Shown here: one piece after another, positions 21,127 through 35,500 of the stretch | Layout of the letters: every line of letters starts with the position of its first letter | Position numbering within the stretch: position 1 is the first letter of the stretch | Assembly: GCA_047967505.1 (NCBI GenBank) | Contig: CM106538.1 | Length of the DNA: 64,000 nt | Source of the DNA: Dipteris shenzhenensis | Taxonomy: Eukaryota | Direction: 5' to 3' (one strand) | Notes under the pieces: model-generated | What the model was told of the DNA's origin: nothing | What the model saw: the letters and a program-made list of their open reading frames with translations, nothing else | Databases searched by the model: none | Position numbers and translations under genes: made by a program

Positions 21127-23299
21127 CATAGTATGTTGATATAGTATTGATGCTGGCATAGTACTGACGAGATTGATATGTTTATAGTACTAATGCTGAT
21201 ATGCTGATGTAGTACTATTTTATTAGTATTGTAAAACTAACAAAGTGTTAAATCAACATTAATATGCTGATTAGCACTAATGCTGAGTTGCTGATTAGTA
21301 CTAGTGTTGATATGTTGATTTGGTAGTAATTTATCGTTACTAAATCAACACTAATATATTAGTAATAAATTTAGGACTAAATTAATCATGAAAATGGTAA
21401 GGATATATTAGTACTAAATTAATCATAAAAAGGATGGTTCATCATTTGGATGGATGCAAAGGCACCTGAGGTGTATATTATTGATGGAGAAAGGTGATGC
21501 TATTGGTGGGGTGGCAAGTTCTATGTTATAGCTTGTCGGGCTCGATTGTTAAGTACTAGCCAAAAATACCTGTGATGTGAGACGCAAAATAAGTAGTGCC
21601 ACAGTGGCATGGAATCTTCATTTCTTAGAGTGGACTTGAAAGACATTCATTCAATGAAGAGACCTCCAACATAAGCATCTCCTTTTTGTTGGAAGCTATG
21701 CTAAGTGTTGAAAGAGAGCCAAAATGCTCACTCTTAGCAATTTAACATTCAAAGTACAACACGTCAATGAAGAGAGCCAAAATTCTCACTCCCATCCCTC
21801 CAAAACTGAGAGTCCACTTTTATGGCTCCTTTGGAACATTGCACACATCACATGTGCACTCCCTGCAATGGTGGTTGGACTCCCTACAAGGCATGACTTC
21901 GATAAAAAGAGGCAATTTTACTAAGGAGTGCTCATCATCTATAGGTCCTGCTACGGCACAGTGCGTGCATGAAAGGGAAAAGCAAAAAAATTGCTTCTGC
22001 CCTACATGCAAGCATGGTTCAATTCCAATTCTAGCGATGAAGAATGTGGATGTTCCTCTAGTGGTGTGTTTGCTCAAGCTAATGGAAGAGATGGGGAGGA
22101 TCTACCAAGTGTCTTTTGAATGATCCTTGCCTTTCGTTGATATATTCAAAACTTGCAAGCTCGATATTCTCGAGTGAAGTTGGAACTTGGGAGAATGCAT
22201 CATAGACGTGATCATAGACGTGATCTTTGAAATCTTGAGAAAAGGTCTAGTAATTGGGAGGCCAGTGATTGGGCTTTGTTCTCCCATGTTCTCTATTCCT
22301 AGACCTTGTTATGTTTACCTCTATGCTAATTTCTAGTCATAGCATAAGAGATTGGTTTCATTGCTACTTAGAAGGTGAATTAGCTGATGCATTTGGGCTA
22401 ACTGTTCATTGGTTGATGCATGTAGGCCCAAAAGTTTTATATCAAAGCAGTAGATGCCCTTGATAAGGTTCAAGACAACCTTAGGAAGGACTTTACTCTT
22501 GCAAGTGAGCATCTGGCTATTACACATAAAATTTGGAATATCTTTCTTGAACCTCAAGGTGTTGTTTCCCCCTCTCAAGGTGGACGAAAGGAGTGAAGAA
22601 CCCATTCTACTTACCCTATTTTTCTTACCTCGACCTGCATGCTGCTATGCCCCCATTACCATGGTTGACCTCGCCTCATCTTTTGTTTTGCTCCTTTGAA
22701 ACGAGATGTACATACGATGAAGTCTTTTTGGTATGTAATAAAACAGCCCTCTTTTTATCTATTGTCCATCTTCTAGAATCAAGATCTATAGCTTAAAACT
22801 TTAGGGAACATGATATACTCTAATAACATAAATATGAATGTAGCAACTTTGTAATGGGCTAACTAAAAGGATTGCATCTTTCTCAACATCAAGAAAAAAC
22901 ACTCTTATAACTTGATCAATACGTCTTTTGTATGAAACACTAGATACCAATTGTAAAGTAGTACTAAATCAGTTAAAAAACATGATGAAAACTGTACCAT
23001 ATCAAAGTGTGACAAAAGAAGTACTAAAATGAAAGTGTTTGATGTCCAAGTTGCATTTTCATATAGTTCTCTTTACTATCATGTAGACCTCATAGCAAAA
23101 TGTTTGCCAAAATCACTTCATGCACCTTCGAGGGGACACAATACGTTGTTTTATGTCCTTTAACCTTGTGCCTTACTTGCAGCATTTGCACTATAGAAGG
23201 TGGTGCCTCATCACATAGGAAATAACTGCTTCTAGTAGATAGTTTGGCATAGAAGATTCCATAGACCACTTTATCTCGGTGCCGCGCTCTTCCCTCTGC

Positions 23300-24850
23300 C
23301 TTCACCTCGCACAGAGATTGATGAAAGGAGCTTTTGCAAAATGGTCACCCATCTCAAGCATGTCTGCCAGCAGCTGTTGGTCTACTATCTTATCCTCTAT
23401 GTCTCTTGCATTCAGCCTATGCAAGATCCATGTACCTGCATGAGATAGATTGGTGCACTTGTCCCGTGATCCATCCATGCATAATGAAAAAAATCAAGAT
23501 AAAGCTATGATCCAGGTCTTTTACATGGGATCTTTGTGACTAAAACCCAATATGTAGTGTGTTGACCAAATTCCTTTGATGGTCTTGGCAATCCCATGCT
23601 TTAGTCTTGCGTACATCACCCACCTTTACTTCCACGAAGAGTCTTTTATTCACATCTTCTCCCATATTCCAAGTCAACCAGTCCACAACCTCATGAGCAT
23701 TTTGTAGCTTCACACCATTTTGCATCCAATTGTTAAGCGATTAATGTAGGCTTTCTCCCTACACCAGCACTGTCATGTTCTCCCTTGCCATGTCCACTAC
23801 TACTTAAAAAATCTCCACATCATTCAAAGAGAAATACCTAGCACAACCAAAAGAGGAAGATGTTTGTTATATGGCATGTCAAAATGTGCAACATCTTCAT
23901 AGTGATGTAGAAAAAAACAAGGACCTATTGCAAACACCTTACCTTGCAACAAAGTAAAATGGGCGTGCTACCTTGAACTAAGATGATGCCCATCTGAACA
24001 AACCCAATGTCTTTTCAACTTCGGGACTTTGGATAGTAGCCATTGGTAGTAGAGGATAAAGCAATGTTGCATGAATAGTGTATCATGATGTTTGTCATTT
24101 GAAATGTAAAATATGGATTGAGCTTTATAATCTCTACCATCTCCCAATAATAGCAAATCTGAACGATGAAGGTACATTGGTCATTATGCCAATGCATTGA
24201 TTGGATTTCATTTTGCACTTTAAAAGTATAGTTCTCTACAAAATCAATGCTAACACAACTACATCCTCTGGAAAGATTTTGATACTCTTTAAATTAACTA
24301 TAGAAGTTGTCCATGATAAAGACTTTTAAGTGGTGCTCGAATTGTTGGATGATGTTGGATGGAGCAGTTTCCTTGTATACAAGTTTGATTTTTGTCTTTT
24401 GATTCAGTGACATACTCATATGTCTTCCACCTTATCAATGCACCATTTGCATCATTCAACTCACATGGGCAAAACAAAGGTTTTGGGCATTATTCACATT
24501 TGCAACGTAAGCAGTCAAGGTTATGCCATTCAGTATCGTCTTTCTTTGGACATACTAAAATGACATCCACATTTCAAATATAGAAGAGTAGGTGCTAGTG
24601 TAGGCAACACATGTTTCTTCTCATGCTAGCCTACAACCTTGCATAAGCAATCACACATTGGCCCATGCAAAGAATATCTTGTCTTAGGGCATTCACTGCT
24701 ACTTGCAACAAATCTATCCTTGCATGATAAATGCAGCAGTAAGTATTCCTTTCCTTTAGTTTTTGAACATAGTATGGCTTAAGATTCTAACATGCGTGGA
24801 AGCCAATGTTTACCTTCAAATCAATCTCTCTGAAATTCATGAAGAATTCA
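23300..24850 (-). pseudogene. Sola-like (Sola2-type) DNA transposase relic
   Basis: Ordered motifs across frameshifts: KERNTYCCIYH; IDFVENYTFKVQNEIQSMHWHNDQCT; YISNDKHHD; HWVCSDG; SGHGKGEHDSAG; LQNAHEVVDWL. Superfamily assignment is from remembered motifs. Confidence 0.7.
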
Positions 24851-25179
24851 GCCTATGCATTCAATCATCAAATATTCTATCAGCAAAGAAAGGGTTGTGC
24901 AGGGAAGAGAATAAGTATTTATGACTCTTAAATAGTACTATTTATAGTATTGCTAAAAAGCCTATAGATATACACATTTAGACGTGATACTATGCAAAGA
25001 TTTTGCAGCAAAATTACTTGGATTGCACAAAATTATAGATACCACCTATTACAGTTTGGAGACAGAAAATATCTTTTAAATTCCTCTTTTTGATCATGAT
25101 CTTATTATAATGGACACGGTATTCTTGTATTAGGAAATATTTATAATTTCATTAAAGGCCGATGTGTACCACAAGCATG

Positions 25180-26400
25180 AAAGTGGTACTTAGCTAAATA
25201 GTACTAAATATGATAGAGGTACATAAATAGTACTAAGTAATACCTAAGTAGTACCTAGAAAGTAGTGCTAAGAGTATGATAATAGTACCTAAATACTACT
25301 AAAGATGACAATGCTTCCCACATATTACTAAAGTCTAAATAGTATAATGACAATGGTAATGTGCATTTGAGAGTATGACAATAATACCTAAATAGTACTA
25401 AATATCATATGAGAGTATAATGACAATGGTAATGTGCATTTGAGAGTATGACAATAATACCTAAATAGTACTAAATATCATATGACAATGGTACTTAGTA
25501 GCCGAGAGTATGATAGAAGTACCTAAATAGTACTGAGTAGCATATGAAAATGGTGAGAGAATATGATAGTAGAGCCTAAATGGTACTAAATAGCATATGA
25601 TAGTAGAACCTAAATGTAAGAGAATATGACAGTAAAACCCAAATGGTACTAAATAGCATATGATAGTAATACTTAAGTATCATCTCATATAATATGATAG
25701 TACTAAATGGTACAAAATAGCATATGATAGAAGTACCTAAATAGCACTAAATAGTATTGAGTAGCATATGATAGTGGTGAGATAATATGACAGTAGAACC
25801 TAAATAATATGACAGTAGAACCTAAATAGTACTAAATAGCATATGACAGTAATACTTAGCATCTCAGAGAATGTGATAGTACTAAATGGTACAAAATGGC
25901 ATATGATAAAAGTACCTAAATATCATTAAATAGTTGTGAGTAGCATATGACAATAGAACCTAAATAGTACAAAATAGCATTTGATAGTAATTCTTAGCAT
26001 CTTCGAGAATATGATAGTACTAGATAGCATATGACAAAAGTATTAAAATAGTACTAAATAGTACTAAATAGCACTAAATAGTATTGAGTAGCATATGATA
26101 GTGGTACATAGCATCTAAGAGTATAAGAATACTACCTAGATAGTACTAAATAGTATTGAGTAGCATATGACAATGGTACATAGCATCTGAGAGTATGAAA
26201 TAGTACTGAGAGTAGCATATAACAATGGTACATAGCATCTAGGTTTATGATAGTAGTACTAAATACCATATGACAGTGGTTAGTAGAACCTTAATAGTGT
26301 CAAATAGTACTAAATAAAACTAGCACATGACAGTCTGAGAGTATGTAACTAGCATATATCAATTGCATACTAAATAGTACTAGTACTCATAAGATGTATC
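25180..26400. repeat. AT-rich degenerate minisatellite (AAATAGTACTAAATAGCATATGA-type units)
   Basis: Many AGTACT and CATATG cores; exact ~72-bp duplication at ~25341-25412 and ~25414-25485. Confidence 0.88.
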
Positions 26401-27514
26401 AAATAGTAGTAAGTAGTGGCACTAGCATATATTATAGTGACAATCTAATGATGTTTAGTACTAAACACTATTCAATAAAACTAGATAGTTTAAATATTAC
26501 TAAATAGTACTAATAGTTCTAGTACTTGTCAAGTAGAGGATGATGCACCTCTGAAAAATAAGGCTAATGTACCTTTGTAAGCTCCAAGTAGTGGGTGGGA
26601 GGTCATGCATATTGATTTGGGCTAACCCCCTACTTGCAAACATCCTTCTTGTTTGGAGACACCCTAGCGTTGTTTGTCCAAAAGTCATGACAGAATTAAC
26701 CAACTTAGAACTTGCTTGTGCCTCCAACTTCCATTAGGCCATTTGAAATTTTCTTCTCTTATGTTGACACGACCATCTTAAAATTACGTGGTTGAATACC
26801 AAGGTCTTTAGACAATTTGATATCGCAAGCACGTTGCATGCATTTAATAACACCCCAGGACATCTTCAAGTTATCAATTGCCATTGATATTGACTCCTTT
26901 GGAAATTCTATCTTGTTCACAACCTCTTTCATGTCTAGATGTCATATAATCCTGGTCAAAATGTCTGCCTTTGCACTCAAGTCAAGTTTTAGGTCACTTG
27001 TTTGAAATGTCTCACAATCGCCAATATCATATGTTGCATGCTCCATTTGGATAACTTTAATAGAGATGAGCAAGATTCGTCTTCACTTTACAAAACTGTG
27101 TTATATGGTTGGGCTGATGGTATGACATCAAGGTCAGACTCCACTCCATTTGAAATCAAAGCATAGATCCTGCACACAAACTTTCAATGGCTACACTTCG
27201 ATGATCTATCTTGCACACAAATGAGGGACTCGGATGCTAATCTTGATAGCTTAATAAATGGTGACACGAAGTATTGATGAAATAGTACAAGCATGATTGG
27301 TGAAGAAATATCATGTATTGGAAAGAGAATATTGCATCTGTTGAAAATTCTAGTGCTTCTTAAACAGCAAGAATTAGTGACCTTGACATGTGTGTAAGAG
27401 AAAGATTAAAAGAGGGGGAGTGTAGAAAGCAACAAGAGAGGGATCTATGCGAGATAATGATAGAGGGATTGGAAGGTTGCTAGTGAGAGAGACTGGCGAC
27501 ATTAAGAGAGACTA

Positions 27515-27596
27515 GAGAGAGAGAGATGAAGCCTACAAGAGAGACTGGAGAGAGAGAGAGAGAGAGAGAGAGACGAAGCCTGCGAGAGAGACTAGA

Positions 27597-27675
<79 letters not shown>
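27515..27675. repeat. (GA)n microsatellite
   Basis: Seen directly. Confidence 0.95.
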
Positions 27676-27678
<3 letters not shown>

Positions 27679-27860
27679 TATTAAAGGCTTCAGAAGGTCA
27701 ATGGGTCTATGAGACTGTGAAAATCCTGGTGCAAAGAAGTTGTGTTGGTGGAGCTACTAATAGAGCATCCACACCAATGCAAAATGCAAAAAATGCAGAA
27801 TGGTAGTACTAAGTACTAAGTTGGTGGTCGACTATATATCAATCTCATCATCATAGGACA

Positions 27861-30320
27861 TCAGGGTGGATGAGGCAATGGAGGCATGAAATCGGCGATA
27901 GTGTGTTGTCGGCCACTCATAAGTGTGGCCCTGGCACATCTCCAGGTCATAGCTCTGCATCTAACGAGGGCTACAATAACCCCTGTCAGTCGGGCTCTAA
28001 CTCTAAATAGGGAGGAGATATCCCTAAGTATAATCTGCATGTCAACCCTCTGTCTGACCTGTCGGGTCACTTGCTCTAGTTTCGGGTCATGTCGAGGCCT
28101 CGTCTCTTGGGGGTCCATGTGATCTGGCTGAAAAAACTCCATGATAGAGCTTTTGATAGGGATCAACCAAGGAAGAAATTTGCTCCTATCTCCATGCTCA
28201 AAGTATCCTCTCACAGTGTCTGAGTACCTCATGAATAAAGCCTGCCAACCACCTTTGGTCTGGGTAGAAGAGGAATCGGGCCAAAACCCCGGGCCAAAAC
28301 CCCATGGCTATCTCTAAAGAGGCTGTAAAAATGCCCTTGGATCTCATAGTAAAGAGGACACCTGAAGATGAAGTGCTCCTCTATCTTAACCTCCTGCATT
28401 GCACATAATGGGCATATGTGCCTTAGGCGCTCTGCTCTGTCGCTCTCGATACAAAGTCTATGTGAAGAGACCCAGAACTACCTGAGAGAGATGCTCAGTG
28501 AGTAGATCTGTGTGTATCCTGGTGGGTCAATAAAACCCTCCTCTATGATATGTATAGGTGTAAGAAATTCTCACGAATAAGTTAGTTGACCTCGTGTGAT
28601 AGGAGGGGAGAAAACGGAGCGTCCATGCTATATTGGAAGGGAGGGAGTCTATCCATATGGAGCCCCAGTTGCTCAAACCATCTCTCTGTGCATGCATACA
28701 AGCATCTCTCTCTGGTCCCCTCCTGTTGAAAGGGCCACAGAAGAGGACAGTGCTAGACATGGTAGCCCACTGCACCCAAAATTATAGTCCCCATACTTCC
28801 TGACTTGGTACAAATACATGATGACCTGAAAAGTAGCATCTAGCTATATAATGGGGATGACACAAACTCAGCCTGAATGATCTAGTGAGGAATGGATGGC
28901 TTACCGAGAATCATCTGTGATAACATGAGAACTTGTAGTCGCTCCACACAAGCCCACCCTGTATCCGACAAGTCTGGCCCCCAACAAGGGTTGCCATATA
29001 TCCCCATCCTAGGCAGACCAAGGAGTCAAAAAGCAATCCCTTGGTCTGTGGATCTTGAAAGTGTGATCGAAATCACTATCTCTCTAGTCTAACCAATGAA
29101 GCATATCCTCTGTCTAAGCATGCCTACATCACGGGTCTCATGGTGAAGATGGATCCCAAGAAGACAACCCCAAGATACGTGTAAGATGAAACTATCTCAA
29201 CAGGTGACCCATTAAATGTGAACTACTCTTGGTGCATGACGGCTTGAGAAGTATTGAAGATCATCATCTTGGTTTTACCCAAGTTGACCTTCAAATCATG
29301 AGACTCACAAAAGGGCTGTTGTGTGTTAAGGTGTCTCTGGAACCCCTTTGCTGAAGAGCCACATCATCTGCATAAAGCAATATCCAGATTAACATGCCCA
29401 CAAGAGAGCAACCAACCCCCCTATGTTTGCATCACTGTCTCAAGCTTGTCAATGTAGAGGCCAAAATAGGGTAGGTGATAATGGACACCCTTGTTTGACC
29501 CCAATAGTGCTCATGATCTCATCTGTCCACCTAGATCCTATTCGGACTTTGCTTGAAACTCTCTTGTAAATTGCCATGACAGCCGAGATGATCTCCTGGT
29601 CATAACCCAAATCCTATAGGCACTGTTTGAGACAGGCTCTTGGAACCATGTCAAATAATTGCGAAAATCCACAAAGCAATATTAAACCCTCTGCTTCTGT
29701 GCCCTCGCCTCCTTGATGATGCACTTGAGCATGAGAATGTGGTCCATGGTTCCATGATCATGTCGGAATCTAGCTTGTCCTGTTGCTCTACATCCTTGGC
29801 ACTCCGCAACTCTACTGACCTCGGGATCAAGCACTAATGCATAAATCTTGGACATGACATGTCCAATCATAATGGTCATGTAATTCTCTGGGCTCATGGG
29901 ATCCCCTACCTTTTGAATGGGTGAGATAGTGTTAATGGTCCAGGTGCATGGAAACCCCAAACAAACAGCTTCATTAAACAGTTTTGCTAAGATCAGTGCT
30001 AAGAGGTTAATCCCATATGCAATGAACTCAATGCATAGTCCCTCATGATCCTTCACTCGGCCATTATGAAGTTTCATTGCAGCATCCTTTACCCCCCCTT
30101 AGTGAAAAGGGTGCAGGATGTGGGATGTGGCATATATGAGAGGTTAAGGATGGGCTAATTTGGGATGTTATAAAGTGTGTGTGCATAATTATACCAGACC
30201 TGAGTGTCAGTGAGTGGTGAGGGGGACCATCCCTCTAGAAATCTCCGCCAAAAGTCCTTAGAGTTGTTATAAAACAAAAAGTTTAGTAATTCCTCCTCAT
30301 TTTGGCGAACAAAATCTTAA
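27861..30320 (-). mobile_element. Non-LTR retrotransposon (LINE) ORF2 remnant, 5'-truncated
   Basis: PIQKVGDPMSPENY...GQARFR...DHI, CFVDFR, GVKQGCPLSPTLF (~29470-29503), LLYADD (~29365-29380), C-terminal CPLCAMQEVKIEEHFIFRC. Confidence 0.9.
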
Positions 30321-31145
30321 GAATCCTTGATGTGCTGGGAAGGATCCCTCATTTTGCAAAATACTACTACACTATTTAGTACTAAATGGCTTCTGAGAAC
30401 TCCACCATTTTTTGCCAAAAAGATTACCTTTTACATACACCGTAGTGTGCTTTCACCCTAATTGAGAAACTAGGTCTTTCAATTTGGTTACACTTCAAAA
30501 ACATGATGGGAGAGTTGAGGCAACAAGTGGAGGGTCTATATCAAACTTTGGTCCTGGATGGAATAAAGAAATAGGAAAGGCAGGTCATTTCCAATATAAC
30601 ATTACCCTCCACTAGTCAATATTATACTAAGTTTACCTTATCCTTCCATGTCACTAGCTAAAGTTCTCTCTGATAGGGCCCGTTCCTGAGTCCAAATTTT
30701 TGTAGTGTAAACTTTGATCTAGAACCACCTTACAATTAACCTAGTTTTTGCCTCCTTTTCTTCATTCACACACATTTTGAATTCATGGATGGGCATTATA
30801 TGGCTAAGGTAGACAAGTGGCATGAGCAAGAAAGATAGAGAGTGCAAATATGTTTAGTCTGAGAGAGAGACTAAGAGAAACACTTGCGGCATTCGATTGG
30901 TGACTTTCTACGCTACTTCAATGGCTCACAGAATAGTGTTATGCAACTTGGTTTCTTGAAAGTTATTATATTTCTCCCTTAAGGGGACTCAATGCTTTAC
31001 ATATTGGGCTACATCATGGAGAGGTTAAAAGGCTAACTGCTTCAACTCTCTTAGCATGTGTAGGACCGAAACTGCAATCTTTACATTGACCTCCATCTAG
31101 CTACCAAACTATGTCTCATGACCCTCTTGCCACTTGCCTCCATAA

Positions 31146-31410
31146 TGGAGGACGGCTTCCTCTTTTATAGCTTTTTGGCCAAATGTCCACCTAGATTCCC
31201 TTGTTCACTTATAGCTTGAGCCTGGATTTCCTTAGCCGTCCCTATCCTAACACCCTTGTGCCGCCATCATCTCGATTGTCATGCTCTACAATGCATGTCA
31301 ATCTTCAGCACCATGTCTTTCATTTCACTTCCACCTCCCATCTTCTTGGGTTTACTGCTTCACTTGGCTGGGGCTTTGGCCTTTTTGTCTTCATTGGTCA
31401 CTTTTGTCCC
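31146..31410. repeat. Dispersed repeat copy A (similar to 36585-36870)
   Basis: Shared TTTTATAGCTTTTTGGCCA...CCACCTAGATTCCCT...TCTCGATTG.CATGCTCT...CTTGGCTGG...TTGGTCACTT. Confidence 0.75.
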
Positions 31411-31431
31411 TCACTTGTTTCCTCTATTAGA

Positions 31432-32338
31432 TGAGGCAGCAAGATCTGTAGGCTGACCACAGACTAAGAAAGCAGAATTGTACACCATCTCTAGCAAGAA
31501 ATAGTATTGAACTGATGGCAGATGATGTCAACACAGTGTACAGACTGTACAAATACTTGCAGGCTATAGTCAAGGCTGTTTTGGTCTTAGAAAGGATTAG
31601 GACAAAGGTAGATCTAGGACAAGAAGAAGGATCAAGGATTGTGGTACTTTTTGCATAGTTTAGGGTAGCATAGGGGCAGATCTATGTCCCTAACCTTGGT
31701 TGGTATAGCCTAGGCTAGTGGTTGGATGCCAAGTGGTTAGGTGGGCCAGCAAAAGGGCCTCCAAATGCATGACTTGGAGGTCATTTATGGGCTGATCCCC
31801 AGTTGGCTTACTAGGCTACTGGCTTGCCCAAGAACACCCTATTGGGTCGATAGTTTTGGAAGGGCCTTGAGCCCTACAAAAGGGGTCCTTTGGGTCCCCT
31901 TTAGGCATCACTTTGAGCAATAGATCTAGAGCAAAAAGGAGCATACTAGGTTTCCTTAGGCCTACATCTAAGAGGTGAAGGACGCATACAGGGCTACAAA
32001 CTCAGCTCAAGAGAAGTTGCCCACTAGGTTGACTACTTGGGCAGTAAGGTGGAAGGATCACTAGACAAAGAGTTCACATAAGCTTAGAGGAACATGCTAG
32101 CTCAGAGATCTAGGAGTGCCAAGTAGATAGTAGGGGAGATTTGGTAAGATCAAAGGAGCATGGCTTGTAAGAATTTACATCTCTTTTGTATTTTCTTTGG
32201 CTCTGGACAGGGATGCGCCTCAGATTCATACAATCCATACGACTGTGTAGGCTGCAATGCATTGTATATTGCCTTGAGAGTTGTGCTAGTAGCATCATAC
32301 ACTACCTCAAGATGCATGCATGCATTAGCATTGCCTCA
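31432..32338. repeat. Possible solo LTR
   Basis: TGAGGCA...TGCCTCA terminal inverted repeat; no TSD found. Confidence 0.3.
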
Positions 32339-32559
32339 AAATGCATGTAAGAGTTGAAGGAGCAGCAGGAGAACAGCAATAGGAGAACAACAATAAGAGC
32401 CCAAAAGTGCAACGAAAACTAAGTAAAAAGATCCTGCTAGGCCTACTACGTGCAATGCCACAAAGAAGTACTTGGTTGCTCGGTTATTGCAACAACATGA
32501 TAAAAAACCCTTGATACATGTAAGGGATACGATGTCCCACACTTGGCACCTCTTGCCAA

Positions 32560-35500
32560 AACCATAAAGTCCTTCTGAAAATTTCAACTTTGAAAACCAG
32601 CATCATCTAAGTGACCCGCTGAAATAAGACTCTTGGTTAGCTTAGGCACATGTCTCACATTTTTCAAAACAAATGCAGACCCATTTGCAAAAGAAAACTT
32701 TGTCACTTGCTCCCACTATGTCACATGCATAGTTATTTCTAAGATGCACACAACCTGTCTTTCCACTATCATAATTGGAGAACCATTCCCTATGGGGAGT
32801 AACATGGAATGAAGCACCATAATCGAGAATCCAAAATCCAATCCTAGGAATATGCATCATCTAAAGTGGTAAGCAAGTCTGTAGGTATAGACTAGACATG
32901 AAGAGAATATCATTGTCACTATTATCAACAGTGACTGACTGCATTGATCTCCTCGGTCTTCATTTTTCCTTTTTCCTCCCTTGGACTCTCTTCCTTCTTA
33001 TTTGCACCCCAATTTGCATTCTTTTTCTTATACTTTTGTTCTCTTTTTAGCTTGTAGCAATCCTTTTTCATGTGGCCCTTCTTGCCACAATGGTAACACT
33101 CATTTTTCTATGCCTTGGATTTGCTACCAGACTTCCCTCTTTCTTGGGACTTCCCCCTAAACTGTGATCTGCCCCTTTGCGCATTTAAGGTTGCATCCTG
33201 ATTGTTGCCTTCCATAGACTTTTGTATAATCTCCTCGGGGCCAACAAGCTACCCACAACATCATCAAACTTCAGTACTCCACCAAGTGCATAGTTACTGA
33301 GACAGGTGTACGAAAGGTATCCCATGAGGATGGCAATGAACACAAGAGAAATATTGCCTTAGTCTCCGCATTAAAATTCATCTTCTAGGCTTGAAGCTGG
33401 CTAAAAATGATATTGAATTCATTCAAGTGAGAAGCAATGGAGACCCCTTCCTTCATCTGTAGCCAAACAACCTCTTCATGAGGCATACTTTATTAGAGGC
33501 AGTTTCCTTCTCATAAGTGGCACATAATTTCTTCCATAAATCTGCCGTAGTTTACTCATTTACCATTGTGAAATAAACTAACTCTACAAGATGAAGTCTA
33601 ACAGTAGACTTTGCTAATGCATCCAACTCATTCCAATCATCCTCAAACATATTTGCAGGCTTAGCTCCAAGAGTTTAATCTGCTTCTTTTGAATAAGCAC
33701 ATCCCTTATCTATTTTTTCCACAAAGAAAAGTTTGTCCCATCAGACTTTTTAATGCTGAAAAAGTCCTTTTCAAACATGGAAGACGATGCCATGATGAAA
33801 ATGAAACAAAATCCCAAATGCTAGTACCTGCAAGAGAGAAATCACACCAAATACCAGGTGCACCCCAATGTGTATACCAAAATGGAAGATAATATCACAA
33901 ACCTCAAAGTTTCAAAGCATCAAAAAAATTTGAATCATGTGCATATACTACGCATTCATATGAGCAAACCCGGCCCAAAAGAAAATGCCAACTGCAATGG
34001 CAAAACAATGGCAATCCCAATGCCAATAAGTGACAAAATACCTCAAGCATAAATGTTGTCCATGAGCATATGCATCAACAAAGTCTCATACAAGAGCACA
34101 GAGCACAACCTGTGCATCCACTACAATATGCCAAAGCTATCCCTTAGCATAAAATAGCATCTGTGTGCTAAACGTCCATAAATAAAGCATCCCACAAGTA
34201 ATCTGGGTCTATCATCACATCCAACAAGGATTGCAATGCATCCAAATGGCCCATAAAGCATCCATTGCAACCCAATGCAAACCACCAATGAGTGCACATG
34301 GCTCAGATTGCAACCAGAGTGATTTGCATAAAGTATATCCAAAAAATCATGGGCCCATGGTAATGACCGCTAATGAAAATAGAACCTGGGATGTCTCAAA
34401 ACATGGGCGTCACTGCATAATCGAACTCAGCACAACAACACAATCTACAAATATCTCTCTTCTACTGGAACTCCAAAATCTCATCTGAGGATGGAGTAAA
34501 AGCCAATCAATGCTTGCATCTACTTGCAAAAATGAACCTTAGGAAAACTAAAACATAAGGGGTGGCCTTATCTGCCACATGGCAAACAATGAGAAGGTCT
34601 TGAAACCTTTGAGAAATTTCTTGCAAAGAGAAGATAGAAAAAACACAGAGAATCACAACTGCCTCGGTTCTTCACAGAATGGCAAGCAGCTTTGTAGACA
34701 GATATTTCAAGGAGTCTTGGATCCAAGGGGACAGACAACTCTACAAATGGAGGCTCGGATGTTGAGATCCCACTCACACAGGAAATGACAAAATGAAGAT
34801 GTTGGAGTAGACAAAGCTTTACCACAGCTTCAGAACTTCACGTAATCGGAAGCAGCCTCACAGGTAGAAGTTTTGGACTGCTTTCGATCCACTGTGAGTG
34901 TCTGAACTGCAAATGGTGGCCTGGATATGGAGATCCAACACACAAAATCCGCGCAAGATCTTGAATTTCGTCACTTTTTGCAGGAGCTATAACTGAAAAC
35001 TCGGATGACAGAGATGTAAAAACAAAAAATGAAGTACTCAAAGTCTTCTACAACTTTTCTTTTGATATAAGGTGAGATTCAGCTTCTAGGATCAAAGACT
35101 CTTAGGTCTAAAATAGACTATCTTTTGCCTCTAAAACCACTTGTTGGCTTGCAAAAAACCACTCAGAGAATTTTCCAAAGGTTTCTACAAGATCTTTGCA
35201 CACTAGGATGCAAGTAGAGTCACCAAAGAGCTTCTCCTTCCTCCCTCAGAGCTATAGTAGTAGACTTTAGGCTTCAGTAGGCTCACACCCGAGCTTAGCT
35301 ACTAGAACACCCGCACTCTGATACCAGTTGAGAGATCTCAACAATGGAAACAGAACAAAAGAAGGTGAGAGAGAGGGAGAGCCAGAAGAGAGAGCCACAT
35401 AAGTTTTGGTGGGTGTAGAACACCCTAATCTTCTACGTTATCCATATATATATGTTGTTTGAGTATTGTACATAATTGGGTTAAGGTACAGTGGCCTTTA

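Noticed and set aside
22937-22952. Degenerate minus-strand PBS (CACTAGATACCA)
   Set aside because: Mismatched, with no LTR pair or gag found nearby.
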